The position numbers and the translations under genes were made by a program. From an uncultured Clostridia bacterium (lineage in GTDB: Bacteria; Bacillota; Clostridia; TANB77; CAG-508): a DNA stretch of 56,436 nucleotides. Under the pieces are notes generated by a model that was given only the letters and a program-made list of their open reading frames with translations, was not told where the DNA came from and did not search any database. Below are positions 39,493 through 48,784 of this stretch, one piece after another. Location: contig CALYAB010000001.1 of assembly GCA_944393395.1 (NCBI GenBank), positions 1 through 56,436 of the forward strand, read 5' to 3'. Every line of letters starts with the position of its first letter. Positions within the stretch are counted from its first letter, which is position 1.

Positions 39493-40440
39493 ATGATAAT
39501 TGATTTCGGAATGAATTGGGAAAATTTTTATACAGATAATATAGTAGGATATATTAAATCTTTACAGGAGAATCCATTTGAACTAATAACTTTAGTAATA
39601 GATTTAGCAATAGTAATATTTTTAATATATTCATTTTTGAAGATAGTAAAAGGTTCTAGAGCATGGCAACTTATAAAAGGAATAGCACTTTTAATAGTTA
39701 TAACATGGCTTAGTGGATTATTTAATCTACAGATATTAAATTGGATTTTAACAGGAATTATGAATTTAGGAGTTATTGCTATAATAGTTATATTCCAACC
39801 TGAATTAAGAAGAGGATTAGAGCAACTTGGTACAAATAAGTTTACAAAATTTTTTGGTATAGATAAAGATTTAGCGACTAAAACAAAAGAAGATGTATAT
39901 AAAGTTGTTATAGCTGCAGGAGAATTAGCTAAAAGCAAAACAGGAGCCTTAATTGTAATGGAAAGAGATATAAAAATTCAAGATGTTATATCAAGTGGAA
40001 TTCCAATGGATGCAGATGTATCACCACAATTGTTGGTTAATATATTTGAGCCAAAAACACCTTTACATGATGGGGCCGTAGTTATATCAGGAAATAAAAT
40101 AGCAGCAGCAGCATGTGTGCTTCCACTGGCTGCTGATAATGATATAGCAAAAGAGCTAGGAACCAGACATAGAGCAGCTATCGGAATATCAAAAGAATCT
40201 GATAGTATAGTAGTTGTTGTTTCAGAAGAAACTGGAAAAATTTCTATTGCAAAAGATGGAACATTAATTGCAGACGTAAAAGAAGATGCTTTGAAGAAAA
40301 TATTAATTAGTAACATTGTGACTAAAAGATTTGCAGTTGAAAAAAAGGCAAGAAGAAATAAAATAAGAGAAATAAAAGAAAGATTGCATAAAGAAAAATT
40401 AGAATCTCAAATCAAAGAAAATGAAACAGATAGTAAATAG
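39493..40440 (+). CDS. cdaA: Diadenylate cyclase CdaA (membrane-anchored DisA_N domain)
   Basis: Three N-terminal TM helices, GALIVMERD, TPLHDGAVVI, GTRHRAAIGIS. Lys-rich C-terminal extension. Confidence 0.9.
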   Translation: MIIDFGMNWENFYTDNIVGYIKSLQENPFELITLVIDLAIVIFLIYSFLKIVKGSRAWQLIKGIALLIVITWLSGLFNLQILNWILTGIMNLGVIAIIVIFQPELRRGLEQLGTNKFTKFFGIDKDLATKTKEDVYKVVIAAGELAKSKTGALIVMERDIKIQDVISSGIPMDADVSPQLLVNIFEPKTPLHDGAVVISGNKIAAAACVLPLAADNDIAKELGTRHRAAIGISKESDSIVVVVSEETGKISIAKDGTLIADVKEDALKKILISNIVTKRFAVEKKARRNKIREIKERLHKEKLESQIKENETDSK

Positions 40441-40481
40441 TAGAAAGTCGCATAAATTGCGACTTTTATTACATTATAGGA

Positions 40482-40688
40482 AGTTACAATTCATAGCTAT
40501 TACTAAATATTGTGATATATATTATATTCTGTGCTATCCCAACACTTTACATACTGTAGATAAATCAATTCTTTCAAAGTCATCATTGATTTATTAACAT
40601 TATGTAGTGTGTCGGTCCCCCCAACCCCCGCTTAGAATATAATATATATCACAAAGCTTTAGATGTTTTTAGGCCATGAATAGTAACT
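40482..40688. mobile_element. MITE-like palindromic element, copy 3 (longest), inserted into a hairpin repeat
   Basis: Outer ends agttac.../...gtaact. TIRs at 40512-40530 and 40634-40652. The core carries an extra internal hairpin. Flanked by direct ATAGGA (40476-81 and 40689-94). Confidence 0.8.
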
Positions 40689-40730
40689 ATAGGAAATGCA
40701 ATTTCCTATAATGTAATAAAACAATATTGT
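40688..40730 (+). repeat. Hairpin repeat copy (target of the MITE insertion)
   Basis: tataggaaatgcaatttcctata, then atgtaataaaacaatattgtg. Confidence 0.6.
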
Positions 40731-40771
40731 GAAATTGATAGATAAAAAATATCGTGAAAGGAAAGTAATAT

Positions 40772-41512
40772 ATGAGAAATATAAAATTATTAATTGAATA
40801 TGATGGAAAAGATTTTAATGGATGGCAAAAGCAACCTAATAAATTAAATATTCAAGGTGAGATAGAAAAAGCAATAGAAAGGATTACAGGAGAAGAAGTT
40901 AATTTAATGGCGTCAGGAAGAACAGATGCTGGAGTACATGCAATAGGACAAGTTGCTAATTTTAAGACAAATTCAAATATTCCAATTGAAAAATTTCCTA
41001 TAGCGCTTAATACAAATCTAAAAAAATCTATTATAATCAAATCAGCAGAAGAAGTAGAAGAAAGATTTCATAGTAGATTAAATTGTAAGAAAAAAACATA
41101 TAGATATATAATTAATAATTCTAAATATGGAACAGCAATATATAGGAATCTAGAAACACATATACCAATAAAATTAGATATAGAAAAAATGCAGAAAGCT
41201 GTTAAATATTTTGAGGGAGAACATGACTTTAAGGCTTTTAAAGCAAGTGGAACTAGTAGTAAAAGTAGTGTTAGAAAGATATATAAAGCAGAAGTAATAG
41301 ATGCAGGTAACGAAAGAATTTATATAGAATTAACAGGGAATGGTTTTTTATATAACATGGTAAGGATTATTGCAGGAACACTAGTAGAGGTAGGATTAAA
41401 TAAAATAGAACCTCAAGAAGTAGAAAATATAATATTGTCTAAGAAAAGAGAAAATGCAGGAAAAACTTTACCACCTCAAGGATTATATCTAGTTAATGTT
41501 GTATATAATTAG
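40772..41512 (+). CDS. truA: tRNA pseudouridine(38-40) synthase
   Basis: YDGKDFNGWQKQ, SGRTDAGVHAIGQV, GNGFLYNMVRII. Confidence 0.9.
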   Translation: MRNIKLLIEYDGKDFNGWQKQPNKLNIQGEIEKAIERITGEEVNLMASGRTDAGVHAIGQVANFKTNSNIPIEKFPIALNTNLKKSIIIKSAEEVEERFHSRLNCKKKTYRYIINNSKYGTAIYRNLETHIPIKLDIEKMQKAVKYFEGEHDFKAFKASGTSSKSSVRKIYKAEVIDAGNERIYIELTGNGFLYNMVRIIAGTLVEVGLNKIEPQEVENIILSKKRENAGKTLPPQGLYLVNVVYN

Positions 41513-41669
41513 AAATATATTAGAGTTATTGTTAAATGATATAAATTTGTAGCTAGTTAGATAAGATTATATTTGAGTAAAATTTGTATTAATATTGCAA
41601 ATAGTAATTTTATTAACAATTTTTTAAATTATGCATAAAATATAGTAAAAAGAAAAAGGAGAAAAAAAT

Positions 41670-42299
41670 ATGAACATTTTACTTATATTTTTTGCAATAC
41701 CATTAGCAGTAATTATATTTTCTATAGCATTACAAAAATTAATTAAATGTCCACCATTAGTAGCAGGAATTATATTTGCAATAGGATTAATAGTGACATT
41801 TGTAATATCAAATTTGAATTTTTTAGTGGCAACATTAATATATACATTGATAAGTTATATAACAGCAGTTATAACTTGTTTAATAAGTAGATTTTTTAAA
41901 AATCATGATTGTGATGATAATAGGTGTAGAAGAGATAGTAGATGTAGGGAGAGAAATAATAATGAAAATGATTTATTAACAATTAGTAGTAACTGTGGAA
42001 ATAATGGCAATGGAGATTTGTTAACAATAAATAGTAATTGTGCTAATGGAACTTCAAATAATTTACTTACAATTAGCAGTAATAATAGTTGCTGTGATGA
42101 TAATAGATGTAATAATAATTGTGGTTGTGATAATAATAATGTAAATCAAGCTAATACAATTAATGGAGTTATAAGAATAGTTGATAATAATAATTGCTCA
42201 TGCAATAATGATGAAATAGCAACTAGGATTAATGTTGTACCAAATGCTTCGAATAATGGTAGAACTGGTTGTATATGTGGCAGATATAGAAGAAGATAA
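41670..42299 (+). CDS. Membrane protein with Cys/Asn-rich repeat tail
   Basis: Three TM helices, then DLLTISSNC / DLLTINSNC / NLLTISSNNSCC repeats and CNNNCGCDNNN. Many Cys residues in the last ~130 residues. Confidence 0.6.
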   Translation: MNILLIFFAIPLAVIIFSIALQKLIKCPPLVAGIIFAIGLIVTFVISNLNFLVATLIYTLISYITAVITCLISRFFKNHDCDDNRCRRDSRCRERNNNENDLLTISSNCGNNGNGDLLTINSNCANGTSNNLLTISSNNSCCDDNRCNNNCGCDNNNVNQANTINGVIRIVDNNNCSCNNDEIATRINVVPNASNNGRTGCICGRYRRR

Positions 42300-42401
42300 T
42301 TTAAGATTACTAAGTAAAAATTATTATTTGCATTTATTTATTAAAAGTCGAAAGTTATAAAATAGTATAACTTTCGACTTAATTATATGAGGTTTATTAT
42401 A

Positions 42402-42430
42402 GTGAACTGTAATAAAAAACAACGTTTTAC
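42402..42430 (+). repeat. MITE outer-arm fragment + box fragment
   Basis: gtgaactgtaa followed by taaaaaacaacgttttac. Confidence 0.45.
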
Positions 42431-42506
42431 AAAATGAAGTAACATAAATGTAGTTGAATTTTTGCAAAATATATGCTAATATATTTAATATTAGAAGGAG
42501 GAAGAA

Positions 42507-43361
42507 ATGCTAGAAATATTAGAAGATGCAATTATAGATAGTGTAAAGTTAATTCCATTTTTGTTTCTTACATATTTATTAATGGAATATATAGAACATA
42601 AAACGAAAGAAAAAACAAAAGAAACAATAAAGAAATCTGGAAAATACGGACCATTTATAGGAGCCTTACTTGGAATCGTTCCACAATGTGGATTCTCAGT
42701 ATCTGCAACAAATCTATATGCTGCTAGAGTAATAACTCTTGGTACATTAATTGCTGTGTATTTATCTACTTCAGATGAAATGCTACCAATTTTTTTATCT
42801 GAAGGAGTTGCTATAGATATAATTTTAAAAATACTAGCAATAAAATTAATTATAGGAATGATAGCTGGATTTTTAATTGATTTTGTAATAAGGTTAAAAA
42901 ATAAGGGGAATACAGAAAAAGAAAAAATAATAGATTTATGTGAAAAAGAGCATTGTCACTGTGAACATGGAATATTTAAATCAGCATTAAAACATACAAT
43001 AAACATATTTATATTTATATTTTTATTTACTTTAGTTATTAATTTAGTAATTCATCTTATAGGAGAAGAAAATATAGCAGGATTTATGTTAGACAGACCA
43101 ATATTAGGGCCAATATTATCAGGAATAATAGGATTAATACCTAATTGTGCTTCATCAGTAATAATAACACAAATGTATCTAACAAATATAATATCAATTG
43201 GAACTATGATAGCAGGATTATTAGTTAGTGCAGGTGTTGGATTAGCAGTTTTATTTAGGATTAATAAAGGTGTTAAAGAAAATATAAAAATTACAATATT
43301 ATTATATGCGATAGGAGTAGTATCTGGAATTCTTTTAGAACTAATAGGATTAAATATATAA
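42507..43361 (+). CDS. ArsP_2-like 10-TM putative permease/metal exporter
   Basis: IVPQCGFSVSATNLYAARVITLGTLIAVYLSTSDEMLPI and its second-half repeat LIPNCASSVIITQMY. Central CEKEHCHCEHG loop. Confidence 0.5.
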   Translation: MLEILEDAIIDSVKLIPFLFLTYLLMEYIEHKTKEKTKETIKKSGKYGPFIGALLGIVPQCGFSVSATNLYAARVITLGTLIAVYLSTSDEMLPIFLSEGVAIDIILKILAIKLIIGMIAGFLIDFVIRLKNKGNTEKEKIIDLCEKEHCHCEHGIFKSALKHTINIFIFIFLFTLVINLVIHLIGEENIAGFMLDRPILGPILSGIIGLIPNCASSVIITQMYLTNIISIGTMIAGLLVSAGVGLAVLFRINKGVKENIKITILLYAIGVVSGILLELIGLNI

Positions 43362-43373
43362 TAGTAAAAGCAA

Positions 43374-43436
43374 TTTTTCTGTGCAACGTTGTTTTCTAAT
43401 TGTATAGGAAAAACTTGAGTTTTCCTATACAATTAG
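43374..43436 (-). repeat. Hairpin + box repeat (reverse orientation)
   Basis: Reverse complement reads ctaattgtataggaaaactcaagtttttcctatacaattag aaaacaacgttgcacagaaaaa. Followed by a bidirectional terminator hairpin at 43437-43475. Confidence 0.6.
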
Positions 43437-43464
43437 AAAGACTTACTAAAAAATTAGTAAGTCT

Positions 43465-45792
43465 TTATTTTTTTTCATTTCTTTTAAAATTTATAACTAC
43501 TGCATCATCATTATCAAAGAAATATTTAGAATCAGTTGTATCAGTTTGTACAGGATTAATTTCATTTCTATCATCTTTAAAATCTAGATTTTTTAAATCA
43601 AATTTCTTTTTAGGTGAAGTGTCATCTTCTGTAGCAGTAGTTACACCATCAGAATATTTTCCAAAATCATAAGTTTTTATTGGTTGACGTTCTTTATATT
43701 TAGATTCTAAATAATTAAACTTTCCAGGACCTACTAAGAAAGAACCACCAATATTTTTAATCTTATATGCAGCTTTTTTATCAGAAATTCCACCTTGCAA
43801 TTTTCCAGCTGAAAAATATTTTACATATTCCCATTTAATATCACCCATTTTGCTAGCATATTTCATAGTTTCTGTATCTAAATCGCTTTTGAAAGTCCAT
43901 TCTCTTTTTTGTCCAAACTCTTTAGCCCACCATTCTAATTCTTCAACAACACCATTTCCAGTAAATATCTTATTTACGCAGTTAGATAAAATAGTGTTTC
44001 TTAAATTTTCTTTAGCTTTTGAAGTTGTTAGCTGAGCTAAGTTTTGAGCTGATATAGTTGTTCCTACACGATATTTTCTATACATTGTAAACATAGCTTC
44101 AGTAGCTTTACATATAAAATCAGGAAATTCATCAATATATAAGAAATTAGGAACTCTAGAATTTTCAGTTCCAGGTCTTCTTAAAACTGCATTTTGCATT
44201 GAGATTAAGAAAAATAATCCAAATGCTTGATGAGTTGAAGAACCTAAATCTCCACGTCTTGTACATACAAAAGTTATTTCACCATTTGCAAGCATATCAT
44301 CAAAATTTATATTGTTAAATCTGTTACATAAAATTGATTTAACTCCTGGTAGTCTTAGAAGATTATCAAGCTGTGTTACAGCTGCATATATATCTTTTTC
44401 AGTTTGTTCTCTAGCACTACCATTTTTATAAAAACATTTTTTGAAATATGCAAGTTGTATACTATATTTTTCTTTTAATTCTTCATCATGTGCTAAAATT
44501 TCACACATTTTTTCAATTAATTCAAAATTAGTGAACATTTTTAGCATGTCTTCCATATTTGGAAGAGCACCTTCATTCATTCTAGGATACATTTCTTTTA
44601 ATATTATAGCTAAATTTTCAATTGCTTGTATTATAAAATCCTCTCTATAGACATCTTCTACTTCATCATGAACATTGTTATACATTGCTTTTAAAGCAGA
44701 AGAAATAGTAAGAGCAATTTTTGTAGGATTATCATATACAAAAGGATTTAATCCAATAGAATTAGAATTAGAAGGATCAATGATATTATATTTAAATCCA
44801 TAGTTATCACAAACTTCTGTCATATGTTCAATTATTTCATAGTCTGGTGACATGATTTCTAATCCTAAATTTTTGTATATATTTTCATTATTTACTCTAC
44901 CTAAAATCATTTTTTTCATATAAGCATTATAAACTTCTTCTTTACCTTCAGAAGGTGAAAGCATATCTAAATTAAAATTTTTATTTAAATAATCATTATC
45001 ATAAGGTCTTTTTAAATATGCAATACCAGTTTTTAATGCTGTAAATCCCATTTCTTTAGAAACTTCTCTAAAAAAATATTTTTTCTCTATATCTCTAGCA
45101 ATTAGAGGTTCAAAAACTAAAGCAGTTTTTCCAGAACCAGAACCACCACAAACAAATAATGATTGGTATCTAGAAGATTCTGGTATAATTATACTTTTAC
45201 CAGTTTCATCATCAGTACATAAATATACTTCACATGTATATACCCCTCTATCTTTAGACTTATCTGATAAATCTATACCTCCATAATCCCAAATAGAACG
45301 AATTTGGTCTAAAGAGTCATTAACTCCAAAATACAACCACTTAAATAATGGAAATATAGTAACAAGAGGTAAGTAAAGAGAAATACTTATCAAAGCAGGT
45401 TTCACTATTTCTGAAAAATTTGTAATAAGTTCTACATAATTTGGAACAGATAATAATAACAGCCATGCTCCCATATTAAGCCATTGAGTAAACATTGAAA
45501 GAGCAATTATATATAACCCAATAACATAAATGTAAAACATTGAAACCTTTTTAGCCTTAGAAGATGCAAATTCAGAAGCACCTGAAAAAAGGAATGCAAA
45601 TATTGGGCAGGCTAAAGCTAAAGTATATTGAATAGGTCCCCAATATGAATATGATACACCTGTAAATATCATAAGAAGCATTTCAACAATTCTATCTATA
45701 GCTAAATATACTGTTATTAGTGTTAATACATATGTTGCAAATGTATTTCTACTTGTATTTAATTTTTTTAAAAATTTATCTATCAGCTTCAT
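43465..45792 (-). CDS. Membrane-anchored TraG/TraD/VirD4-like (type IV coupling protein family) P-loop NTPase, orphan
   Basis: About 5 N-terminal TM helices, Walker A VCGGSGSGKT, Walker B-like FLYIDEFPDF, YRKYRVGTTISAQNLAQL. Confidence 0.55.
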   Translation of the reverse strand: MKLIDKFLKKLNTSRNTFATYVLTLITVYLAIDRIVEMLLMIFTGVSYSYWGPIQYTLALACPIFAFLFSGASEFASSKAKKVSMFYIYVIGLYIIALSMFTQWLNMGAWLLLLSVPNYVELITNFSEIVKPALISISLYLPLVTIFPLFKWLYFGVNDSLDQIRSIWDYGGIDLSDKSKDRGVYTCEVYLCTDDETGKSIIIPESSRYQSLFVCGGSGSGKTALVFEPLIARDIEKKYFFREVSKEMGFTALKTGIAYLKRPYDNDYLNKNFNLDMLSPSEGKEEVYNAYMKKMILGRVNNENIYKNLGLEIMSPDYEIIEHMTEVCDNYGFKYNIIDPSNSNSIGLNPFVYDNPTKIALTISSALKAMYNNVHDEVEDVYREDFIIQAIENLAIILKEMYPRMNEGALPNMEDMLKMFTNFELIEKMCEILAHDEELKEKYSIQLAYFKKCFYKNGSAREQTEKDIYAAVTQLDNLLRLPGVKSILCNRFNNINFDDMLANGEITFVCTRRGDLGSSTHQAFGLFFLISMQNAVLRRPGTENSRVPNFLYIDEFPDFICKATEAMFTMYRKYRVGTTISAQNLAQLTTSKAKENLRNTILSNCVNKIFTGNGVVEELEWWAKEFGQKREWTFKSDLDTETMKYASKMGDIKWEYVKYFSAGKLQGGISDKKAAYKIKNIGGSFLVGPGKFNYLESKYKERQPIKTYDFGKYSDGVTTATEDDTSPKKKFDLKNLDFKDDRNEINPVQTDTTDSKYFFDNDDAVVINFKRNEKK

Positions 45793-45889
45793 TTATAATA
45801 TCCTTTCAAAATTTAAACTTATACATATATATTATCCTACAAAACAGGCAAAAAAACAAGGGCTTTGAATAAATTTATTTATGTTTTTT

Positions 45890-45954
45890 ACATTATAGGA
45901 AATTGTATTCCCTATAATGAACAGACAGTTGGACCAGGACTGAAAATGTATAAG
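45890..45954 (+). repeat. Hairpin repeat copy + left half-arm of the giant-palindrome family
   Basis: acattataggaaattgtattccctataatg, then acagacagttggaccaggactgaaaatgtataagg (45921-45954). Confidence 0.6.
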
Positions 45955-46122
45955 GCAAACTTGGTAAAGTATCATGAAGTGAAAAAACTCTAGCAATTGG
46001 ACAAAGACAGTATAAAAAATGTAAATTTGAATATAATAGTAAAACAGGATATTTACAGTGCAAAGTAATCTATAAATATAATATGAAAACATTATCCATA
46101 GAATATTTTGGGGAGGAAATAG

Positions 46123-46404
46123 ATGATAGAAGAATATTTTCAAGAAAGTGAAATAGAGAATTTGAATGAGATAGAAAAAGAGGAAGAATTAATTAGAAAT
46201 ATAATAATTACTAGAAAAGAATTAAAAAATGCAGATAAAAATTTTGAATATGCTCAAGATGAATTAGTTGATTATTATATTTATCAAATGAAAGCTAATC
46301 AGGCAAAATTAAATTATTTAATAAAAGTAGCAAAAATGAAGGGAATAACAGTAGATATGATAAATGATTTAAAATACAGACTTTTAAATGAAGAAGTAGG
46401 GTAG
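46123..46404 (+). CDS. YaaL-like (DUF2508) protein
   Basis: FEYAQDELVDYYIYQMKANQAKLNYLIKVAK pattern, and position immediately upstream of bofA as in Bacillus subtilis yaaL-bofA. Confidence 0.55.
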   Translation: MIEEYFQESEIENLNEIEKEEELIRNIIITRKELKNADKNFEYAQDELVDYYIYQMKANQAKLNYLIKVAKMKGITVDMINDLKYRLLNEEVG

Positions 46405-46474
46405 GTCTATTTGTCCAATTTTTAGCATAATAATTATTAAAAGATAATTATATGTTATTAATTGGAGGGAAAAG

Positions 46475-46735
46475 ATGGATTTAAATATAATTACATATCT
46501 AGCATGTATATGTTTTATATTCATTGTTGGTAAAATTTTTATAGTTCCTATAAAAAAGATATTAAAATTAATATTTAATTCAATATTAGGTGGAGTAGTG
46601 ATATATGTTATAAATATGATAGGAGCCAATTTTGGATTTCATGTAGGATTAAATATAGTAAATAGTGTGATTATAGGCTTATTAGGGTTACCAGGAGCGG
46701 TTTGCTTAATTATAGTAAAACTTTTAATCACATGA
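46475..46735 (+). CDS. bofA: Pro-sigma-K processing inhibitor BofA
   Basis: Two-TM 86-aa protein ending ..GLNIVNSVIIGLLGLPGAVCLIIV (BofA signature). Confidence 0.7.
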   Translation: MDLNIITYLACICFIFIVGKIFIVPIKKILKLIFNSILGGVVIYVINMIGANFGFHVGLNIVNSVIIGLLGLPGAVCLIIVKLLIT

Positions 46736-46784
46736 ATGTATCTAGAGTAGATAAAAAAATGCAAGAGACTATATAATAAAAAAT

Positions 46785-46812
46785 ATACATTTTTAGACCT
46801 GGTCCATGTGTC
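46785..46812. repeat. Right half-arm of the giant-palindrome family
   Basis: atacatttttagacctggtccatgtgtc. Its reverse complement ggaccaggtctaaaaatgtat matches 45931-45951 at 18 of 21 positions. Confidence 0.5.
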
Positions 46813-46873
46813 TCCGATGCCGAAAAGCAAAAAATATAGACTACAATTTAATATTGTAGTCTATTTTTAAGAT

Positions 46874-46911
46874 TATAGTAGATTGTATTTACTATAATGT
46901 AAAAAACAAAG
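46874..46911 (+). repeat. Variant hairpin repeat copy
   Basis: tatagtagattgtatttactata, then atgtaaaaaacaaag, just 3' of the glmS stop. Confidence 0.45.
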
Positions 46912-46914
46912 TAT

Positions 46915-48756
46915 TTATTCTACTGTTACCGATTTTGCAAGATTTCTAGGCTTATCAACATCTAATCCTTTTTCTTTTGAGATATAGTATGCTAATAATT
47001 GTAAAGGTACAGTTGCTATAACTGGAGAAATAAATGGATTTGTTTCAGGTATTTCTAATACAGTATCAAACATAGATTTATCAACTTTTTGGTTAGTTAC
47101 AATTAAAGTTTTTGCTCCACGAGTTATTACTTCTTGAATATTACTTATTGTTTTTTCAACTAAAGTAGGTTCAGTTATAACTCCTACTACAGTTACACCT
47201 TTTTCTATTAAAGCGATAGCACCATGTTTTAATTCACCAGCAGCATAGCTTTCTGAATGGATGTAAGAAATCTCTTTTAATTTTAAACAACCTTCTTTAG
47301 CAATAGCTTCATCTACACCTCTACCGATGAAAAAGACATCTTTTTCTTGATAAATTCTTTTGGCAAATTCTTTTATTTTATCTTTTAATTGTAAACATTG
47401 TTCAACTTGTTTAGGCAATTCTAAAATTTCTTTCTTTAATTTAACTAAATTTTCAGAATCACTCTCTAATATTTCAGCAAAATAAATAGCTAAGATTACA
47501 AGTAACACTACTTGAGAAGTATATGCTTTTGTTGATGCTACAGCAATCTCTGGTCCAGCATGAGTATATATTGAATAATCAGCTTCTCTAGTAATTGAAC
47601 TTCCGATAACATTAGAAATAGCTAATGTTTTAGCTCCTTTTTCTTTAGAAAGTTTCAAAGCGGCTATAGTATCTGCTGTTTCACCTGATTGTGAAATAAA
47701 AATACATAAAGTTTTATCATCAATTAGTGGATCTCTATATCTGAATTCAGATGCTATATCAACTTCTGTAGGGATTCTACAAAGTTTTTCTATAACATTT
47801 TTTCCAACTAAGCCTGCATGCATTGCTGTACCACAAGCAACAATATATATTCTGTTTAAACTTGATAAATAATCTTTAGAAAAATCTAATCCATCAAATT
47901 CACATTTTGAATTTTCGTTAAATTTTGCACCAATTGTTTCACGGATAGCGGTTGGTTGTTCATGAATTTCTTTTAACATAAAGTCATCATATCCATTTTT
48001 TTCACTACTTGTTGCGTCCCATTCGATACTTTTTGTTTCTTTATCTATTTTATTTAAATCTTTATCATAAAACTCAGCAGAATCTCTTGATAAAAATACA
48101 TATTCAAAATCATTTAAAAGATAGAAGTTTCTAGTAAAAGATAAAATAGCTGGGATATCTGAAGAAATATAGTTTTCGTCAATACCTTTACCAATAACTA
48201 AAGGACTATCTTTTCTAACAACTACCATATTATCAGGGAAATCTTTACAAATGATTTCTAAAGCAAAACTTCCTTTTAAATCAGAACATGCTTTTTTTAC
48301 AGCAGTTAGAAACTTCATTTTTCCACTTTCATTATTATTATTTGTATAATAGTAATGTATTAAATTTGGAACAATTTCTGTATCTGTTTCAGAATAAAAT
48401 TTATAACCATTATCTATTAAAAATTTTTTTAATTCATTATAGTTTTCAATAATTCCATTATGCACTACACTAAATGATTTAGAATTATCTTGATGAGGGT
48501 GTGCATTTTCCTTAGATGGTTTACCATGTGTTGCCCATCTTGTATGAGCAATACCAATGGTTCCTTTTAAGTCATTAATTCCTTCTAAATTATATAAATT
48601 TTTAACTCTTCCTTTATCTTTCATGATAGATAGACCATCTGCCTCTATTGTTGATATACCAGCAGAGTCATATCCTCTATACTCCAATCTCATAAGTCCG
48701 TTAATTAAAATTGGACTAGCTTTTTGTTTTCCTATATAACCTACAATTCCACACAT
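46915..48756 (-). CDS. glmS: Glutamine--fructose-6-phosphate aminotransferase
   Basis: MCGIVGY N-terminal nucleophile, two SIS domains, C-terminal ..NLAKSVTVE. Confidence 0.95.
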   Translation of the reverse strand: MCGIVGYIGKQKASPILINGLMRLEYRGYDSAGISTIEADGLSIMKDKGRVKNLYNLEGINDLKGTIGIAHTRWATHGKPSKENAHPHQDNSKSFSVVHNGIIENYNELKKFLIDNGYKFYSETDTEIVPNLIHYYYTNNNNESGKMKFLTAVKKACSDLKGSFALEIICKDFPDNMVVVRKDSPLVIGKGIDENYISSDIPAILSFTRNFYLLNDFEYVFLSRDSAEFYDKDLNKIDKETKSIEWDATSSEKNGYDDFMLKEIHEQPTAIRETIGAKFNENSKCEFDGLDFSKDYLSSLNRIYIVACGTAMHAGLVGKNVIEKLCRIPTEVDIASEFRYRDPLIDDKTLCIFISQSGETADTIAALKLSKEKGAKTLAISNVIGSSITREADYSIYTHAGPEIAVASTKAYTSQVVLLVILAIYFAEILESDSENLVKLKKEILELPKQVEQCLQLKDKIKEFAKRIYQEKDVFFIGRGVDEAIAKEGCLKLKEISYIHSESYAAGELKHGAIALIEKGVTVVGVITEPTLVEKTISNIQEVITRGAKTLIVTNQKVDKSMFDTVLEIPETNPFISPVIATVPLQLLAYYISKEKGLDVDKPRNLAKSVTVE

Positions 48757-48784
48757 AAAAAAATCCTCCTTAAAATTTGTTTTT

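Noticed and set aside
39493-40440. cdaA without the usual downstream cdaR-glmM, with glmS (ribozyme-controlled) elsewhere, considered as an unusual c-di-AMP locus.
   Set aside because: The operon partners may simply lie elsewhere. A MITE and terminator follow cdaA. Nothing in the sequence itself points to a new function.
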